Shown: positions 35,706 through 39,764 of the stretch, in pieces
How positions within the stretch are numbered: position 1 is the stretch's first letter
How the letters are laid out: the number at the start of each line of letters is the position of its first letter
DNA from: an uncultured bacterium
Lineage (GTDB): Bacteria > Abyssobacteria > SURF-5
Reading direction: 5' to 3'
Assembly (NCBI GenBank): GCA_964607485.1
Contig: CAZSKP010000041.1
Location: 1 to 39,764 of the forward strand
DNA length: 39,764 nt
Translations under genes and position numbers: made by a program
The notes under the pieces: model-generated
The model's database searches: none
What the model was told of the DNA's origin: nothing
The model's input: the letters and a program-made list of their open reading frames with translations, nothing else

Positions 35706-36440
35706 TCATCTGCCGGATTTTTCCGGTTCGGCCGTGAAAGCGCGAATGACGAGCTCGTGCCAGTCCGCAGCTTCCATGCGGTCGGCCAGACCCTCTTCGG
35801 GCAGGCCGCCGTCCTGAAACACCATGCCCAGCTCACCGCTGAACATGGACCTGAGCTGCATCGCGGATTCTTCCATCCACTTCGTGGCAGCGGAACCGCG
35901 AAGAAGGTTGCGGAGATTTCGCCCCAGGTCCTTCGGCCTGACCATCACGAGCCAGCCGCGGCCGTAGGGTTCCTCCGAGAGAAGCTCGGGCGCGCCTGCC
36001 GCCTGCTCGTTCACGGCCACAACCTCTCCGTCCAGGGGAAAAGCCATGTCGAGGATTTTCCCCTTTCGGCTGAGGGTCCAGCCTTTCGCTCCCTGCTTGA
36101 CGTTCTCGCCCACGCTCGGCAGCGTCACCGAGGTCGGCCGGCCGAACAGCTTGCTGGCAAAGTCGTCGATTCCGACCAGCGCCGTGCCCGACTCCTGCAC
36201 CGCCACCCACGCGTGGCCGGGATGATAATGGAGTGAACCCGGCAGAGAGTAGCCCTCCACTCGGGGGATGGCCGGGGCGGAGGCTTCCAGCATCGGTCCT
36301 TCCGGAGCCGGCCTCAGAAGAATTCTTGCCCTCACGAATTCGGCGAGGCTGCTCGAACCGACCAGCACCGCGAGCGTCAGGCCCGTGAGAATAAGGAACG
36401 CCAGCCCCAGCATTGCGAATGGTAAAACAATGGGAATCAT
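35706..36440 (-). CDS. membrane-anchored GcvH-like protein 2
   Basis: N-terminal TM; YHPGHAWV, VGIDDFA, PLDGEVVAVN, PYGRGWL; C-terminal FQDGG. Confidence 0.85.
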   Translation of the reverse strand: MIPIVLPFAMLGLAFLILTGLTLAVLVGSSSLAEFVRARILLRPAPEGPMLEASAPAIPRVEGYSLPGSLHYHPGHAWVAVQESGTALVGIDDFASKLFGRPTSVTLPSVGENVKQGAKGWTLSRKGKILDMAFPLDGEVVAVNEQAAGAPELLSEEPYGRGWLVMVRPKDLGRNLRNLLRGSAATKWMEESAMQLRSMFSGELGMVFQDGGLPEEGLADRMEAADWHELVIRAFTAEPEKSGR

Positions 36441-36494
36441 TTCGCCCTCTCCTTATTGGGGTGCCTTACAGCCAGGACATTGGATTTACCATTC

Positions 36495-37241
36495 TCACTG
36501 TTTCACCGGTTCGACCATGAAGATGCGACTCGCGAGCTCGCGCCAGTCGGCAGCTTTCAACTGGTCGGCCAGACCCTCTTCCGGCAGGCCGCCGTCTTGA
36601 AACACCGGGCCCAGCCTGCCGCTGAACATGGACCTGAGCTCCGTCGCGGATTCTTCCATCCACTTCGAGGCGACGGAACCGCGAAGGAGATTGCGGAGAT
36701 TTCGCTTCAGGTCCTTCGTCTTGACCATCACGAGCCAGCCTCGGCCATACGGCTCCTTCGAGAGAAGCTCGGGGGTGTGTGCCGCCAGCTCGTTCACCGC
36801 AATCACCTCGCCGTCCAACGGGAACACCATGTCGAGGTCTTTCCCGCCACGACTGAGAGTCCATCCCTTTTCGCCCTGTCTGAACCGCTCGCCCAGTCTC
36901 GGCAGTGCGACCGAGCTGGGTTGACCGAACAGTTTGGCGGTGAAGTCGTCGACCCCGATGAGGGCCGTGCCCGACTCCTGCACCGCCACCCACGCATGAC
37001 CCTGATGGTAATGCAGCGACTTCGGCAGGGCGTATCCTTCGACGCGGGCCGTGGCGTTGCCAAGCTCGGGCAGGATTGCAACCGTGGGGGCGCGGGCCAC
37101 CGTCGGGTCGGCCAGCGCGGCGCTTCCTAGAATCGGCCCCTCCACCGCCGCCTTCGAGAGAAACCTCTTCTTGATGAACTCCGAAAGGTAGCCGATTCCA
37201 ATGAATACGGCGAACGTTAAAACTGCCAGGATGAGGGGCAT
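36495..37241 (-). CDS. membrane-anchored GcvH-like protein 1
   Basis: AGGAGG RBS; N-terminal TM; YHQGHAWV, IGVDDF, PLDGEVIAVN, PYGRGWL; C-terminal FQDGG. Confidence 0.85.
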   Translation of the reverse strand: MPLILAVLTFAVFIGIGYLSEFIKKRFLSKAAVEGPILGSAALADPTVARAPTVAILPELGNATARVEGYALPKSLHYHQGHAWVAVQESGTALIGVDDFTAKLFGQPSSVALPRLGERFRQGEKGWTLSRGGKDLDMVFPLDGEVIAVNELAAHTPELLSKEPYGRGWLVMVKTKDLKRNLRNLLRGSVASKWMEESATELRSMFSGRLGPVFQDGGLPEEGLADQLKAADWRELASRIFMVEPVKQ

Positions 37242-37335
37242 GCCCAATTCCCTCCTTTGTCCTTTGCCGACCGCTCTCGGTTGCGGACCCTCGCCATTTT
37301 CTCCTCCTTGCACGTAATTCCGCCGCCTATATTAG

Positions 37336-37350
37336 GCAATTTACCTGCCA
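37336..37350 (-). promoter_or_regulatory. sigma54 (-24/-12) promoter of the gcvH-like/hybAB-like operon
   Basis: Minus strand TGGCAGGTAAATTGC matches TGGCACNNNNNTTGC spacing (GG-N10-GC), 95 nt upstream of the start codon. Confidence 0.7.
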
Positions 37351-37648
37351 AATTCGGAGCGCGATGGCCCGATATTGTAACTCATTGTCAAACCATATGT
37401 TACAAATGCACCGACCAAACCCCGAACACCTGCTGCGATTTCCTGCATTTGTTGCGTTTATCATCACATTGCAGAACCTTGTCATTCACAAAGACTTAGT
37501 GTGATGCGTTTCGCAATACCACATATTGCAATAGTCAACAGGTGCGCGGCGGGGTCTCTTCGGGGCAAATAGAGATTGAAAACGGAACACTTGCGCGGAC
37601 TTTAAGAGAGAGGAAGGCGAATATGCAGCGAATTTATGCGAGCACGTA

Positions 37649-38779
37649 TCAGGCTGTTGACAACTTCTTGGAAAAACGTTTCGTGACGGCTTTCTGCGTC
37701 TCGGCGAGACTCATGTCGATTACCGTTCCACATGCCGTGGCGACGACGATTATCAGGCAGAAAATGATATACCGATTGCCAATCCCCAGTCCGCTCAACA
37801 GTTCGTAGGCCGGTTTCAGCATGGGGGCATGAAAAAGAAAAATACCGAGCGAGTGTCTTCCCAAAAGGTCGAGACCGTTCATCACAAGAGAAGATAGACG
37901 TTGAACCACTCGCCATAAAATCAAGAAGAGGGATATTCCGATGACCGTGTCGGAGATGGCGGTCGTCGGTTTTGAACAATGCAACAGGATGCCGCAGAGA
38001 TAGAGCGGGATCGCAAGCCTGTACAAAAGGCTAATCCAATTCTCGCTCCTCCTCCTGATATGGAAGGCAAACGTTATGCCGAACACAAACTCGGCCAACC
38101 TGCACCCGAAGAAAGCGCCAAATGCGAAGTAGGGGTGAAATCGGTCGATGTAGTAAATTCCGGCGAGCCTGAAGAAGACGGTGACCAAAACGGAACAGAG
38201 AAAGATTTGTGACGGGCTCCAGCGGTCGAAGAGTCTGATAAGGAACGGGAAAACCAGGTAAAACTGAAACAGCAGCCCGATATACCAGAGCGGGCCGTTC
38301 AGCCCGTAAAAGAATTCCGGAAAGAAGACATGCAGACCAAAGACCTGCAACACCATCGCCAGTGCAGAGGTCGCGGGAACGTATGTGTAATAGAGATTTG
38401 TGCCCTGCAAGACCATGAAGACAACGAAAAGGCTGAGCCAGTACATGGGCAGAATTCTCTCCGCCCGTCGGAGGTACCACTGACGCAGCTTGATTCCCTT
38501 CTTAAAGAAAGAAAGGGTCAGGACCAAACCGCTCGCTATTATGAAAAGGTGGACACCCTGGTATCCGGAGCCGCCAATGATGCTCATGACCGCAATGACC
38601 ATGTCTTTCAGACTATGGAGTGGCGGGATCAGTTCGGAGATGCTCGGACGGAACTGTGGATAGACGAGGCTAAAATATGTGTCGAAGAATTGCCGGGTCA
38701 AAGGGAGGAGTCCCATCGTATGGAAGGCGACAATCAGCAGAATGGCCACGCCTTTGACGGCATTGATTCTCCTGTCCAT
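37649..38779 (-). CDS. acyltransferase family 3 (OafA-like) membrane protein
   Basis: KGVAILLIVAFH, GVHLFIIASG, RRAERILPMYW, LWYIGLLFQFYLVFP, SLGIFLFH; about 10 TM. Confidence 0.88.
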   Translation of the reverse strand: MDRRINAVKGVAILLIVAFHTMGLLPLTRQFFDTYFSLVYPQFRPSISELIPPLHSLKDMVIAVMSIIGGSGYQGVHLFIIASGLVLTLSFFKKGIKLRQWYLRRAERILPMYWLSLFVVFMVLQGTNLYYTYVPATSALAMVLQVFGLHVFFPEFFYGLNGPLWYIGLLFQFYLVFPFLIRLFDRWSPSQIFLCSVLVTVFFRLAGIYYIDRFHPYFAFGAFFGCRLAEFVFGITFAFHIRRRSENWISLLYRLAIPLYLCGILLHCSKPTTAISDTVIGISLFLILWRVVQRLSSLVMNGLDLLGRHSLGIFLFHAPMLKPAYELLSGLGIGNRYIIFCLIIVVATACGTVIDMSLAETQKAVTKRFSKKLSTA

Positions 38780-38888
38780 CCCGGTATCTTAGCGTAATAC
38801 GCCCGAAGTAGGCAAACCTTGAGGAATTCGCTTAACGTCGCGACGTCCCGCTCTGCCCGAATGCGCCGTCCCGGCAATCCTTCCCGAG

Positions 38889-39764
38889 CTATTCCGAGTC
38901 TTCCGACAGCCCCGGCAGTTCGAGCTTGGCGGCTTCGGGCGAGGAAAATTCGGCGCTTGTTATGTGAGGCGTGATGAAGATGACCAGTTCGCGCTTGTCG
39001 CGGGATTGATTGAGGTTTCGAAACGGGATTCCAAGGATGGGAATATCCCCGAGGATGGGCACTTTGCGGATCGACTCGGTATCCTCGCGAGTGGCCAGGC
39101 CCCCTATGGCGATCGTCTGACCGTCGCGCACCATGACCACGGTGGTGGCGCGGCTCTGGGACTTCACGGGAACGCGGATGGTGTTCGTGACAGCGCCGCC
39201 CTCGTTCGGAATGATGGTCGTGTCGAAAAACTCGTCTCTCGCAAGAGTGCTGACTTCCGGCCGCACATCCATCATGATATAGCCTTCGTCATTGATGTGG
39301 GGGACCGTTTCGAGGATGATTCCGATGTCGAGAAATTGAATGTCCAGAGAGGTGGCGGTGCCGCGCGAGTTGTACTTGGTATTGGCGTACGGCTCAAGCG
39401 TTGAGACCTCGAAACGGGCCGGATGCCCGTCGAGCACAAGAATGCGGGGACGCGACAGCGTCCTCGTGGAGCTGTCCTGTATGAGCGCTTCGATGGCGGC
39501 GCTGAAGTCGGAGCCGGGGATAATCTGTGCGGGCGTGATAAGGTTCCCCGCCGCGTCGAACACGGCCGGTATCGTCTGAGTGGGTGTGCCGAATGCGATG
39601 CTTCCGGTAGAAGGCGTGTCGGTCGAAGTTCTCCCCGCGTTGATGTTGAAGACGGCGTCGTGGTCGCCGCCCGCATACCCGAGCCGCAGCTCCCACTCGA
39701 TGCCGAGCTCTTTCAGCTTTGCCGAGGAAACATCCAGGATGTCGGCCTCGATCAGAACCTGAGG
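38889..39764 (-). CDS. secretin (GspD/PilQ/RcpA family), C-terminal part; starts beyond window end
   Basis: Frame open to the window end (PQVLIEADILDV...LGIEW); TLSRPRIL, GIILETVPHI, DGQTIAIGGL, KVPILGDIPILGIPFR, ELVIFITPHI. Confidence 0.9.
   Translation of the reverse strand, partial: PQVLIEADILDVSSAKLKELGIEWELRLGYAGGDHDAVFNINAGRTSTDTPSTGSIAFGTPTQTIPAVFDAAGNLITPAQIIPGSDFSAAIEALIQDSSTRTLSRPRILVLDGHPARFEVSTLEPYANTKYNSRGTATSLDIQFLDIGIILETVPHINDEGYIMMDVRPEVSTLARDEFFDTTIIPNEGGAVTNTIRVPVKSQSRATTVVMVRDGQTIAIGGLATREDTESIRKVPILGDIPILGIPFRNLNQSRDKRELVIFITPHITSAEFSSPEAAKLELPGLSEDSE

Noticed and set aside
34955-37241. Calling these genes gcvH or lbpA
   Set aside because: TM anchors, the missing canonical lipoyl-Lys motif and the absence of gcvP/T or sHdr/lipoylation genes argue against orthology.

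Overview
This is a GC-rich bacterial chromosomal window with no transposase, integrase, CRISPR array or rRNA. The left part (1-15.8 kb) is mixed: a FecR-like protein (truncated), a Thr-type sulfatase-like enzyme, a metallophosphoesterase, tRNA-Arg(CCG), OsmC, an alkaline-phosphatase-superfamily metalloenzyme, a phasin-like repeat protein, a B12-binding mutase subunit, and a Ser/Thr kinase (PEGA)-NHL gene pair divergent from an FHA-GGDEF cyclase. Several palindromic REP/MITE-like elements lie in the intergenic gaps. The right part (15.8-37.3 kb) is all on the minus strand and forms an anaerobic-respiration super-cluster. In transcription order it holds a putative sigma54 promoter, three membrane-anchored GcvH-like proteins lacking the canonical lipoyl-lysine motif, a HybA/HybB-like Fe-S/NrfD pair, a diheme-c sensor kinase, an 11-heme cytochrome, qrcABCD, a small membrane protein and a duplicated c554-like octaheme. 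It continues with putA, a split ArgZ/AgrE-type arginine-to-proline module and an ImcH-like 7-heme inner-membrane cytochrome. The window ends with an acyltransferase-3 gene and the 3' part of a secretin. The best candidates for an undescribed system are the lysine-less H-protein triad with its HybAB-like module, and the putA/split-ArgZ/ImcH operon. All family calls come from motif recognition by eye, without database searches.
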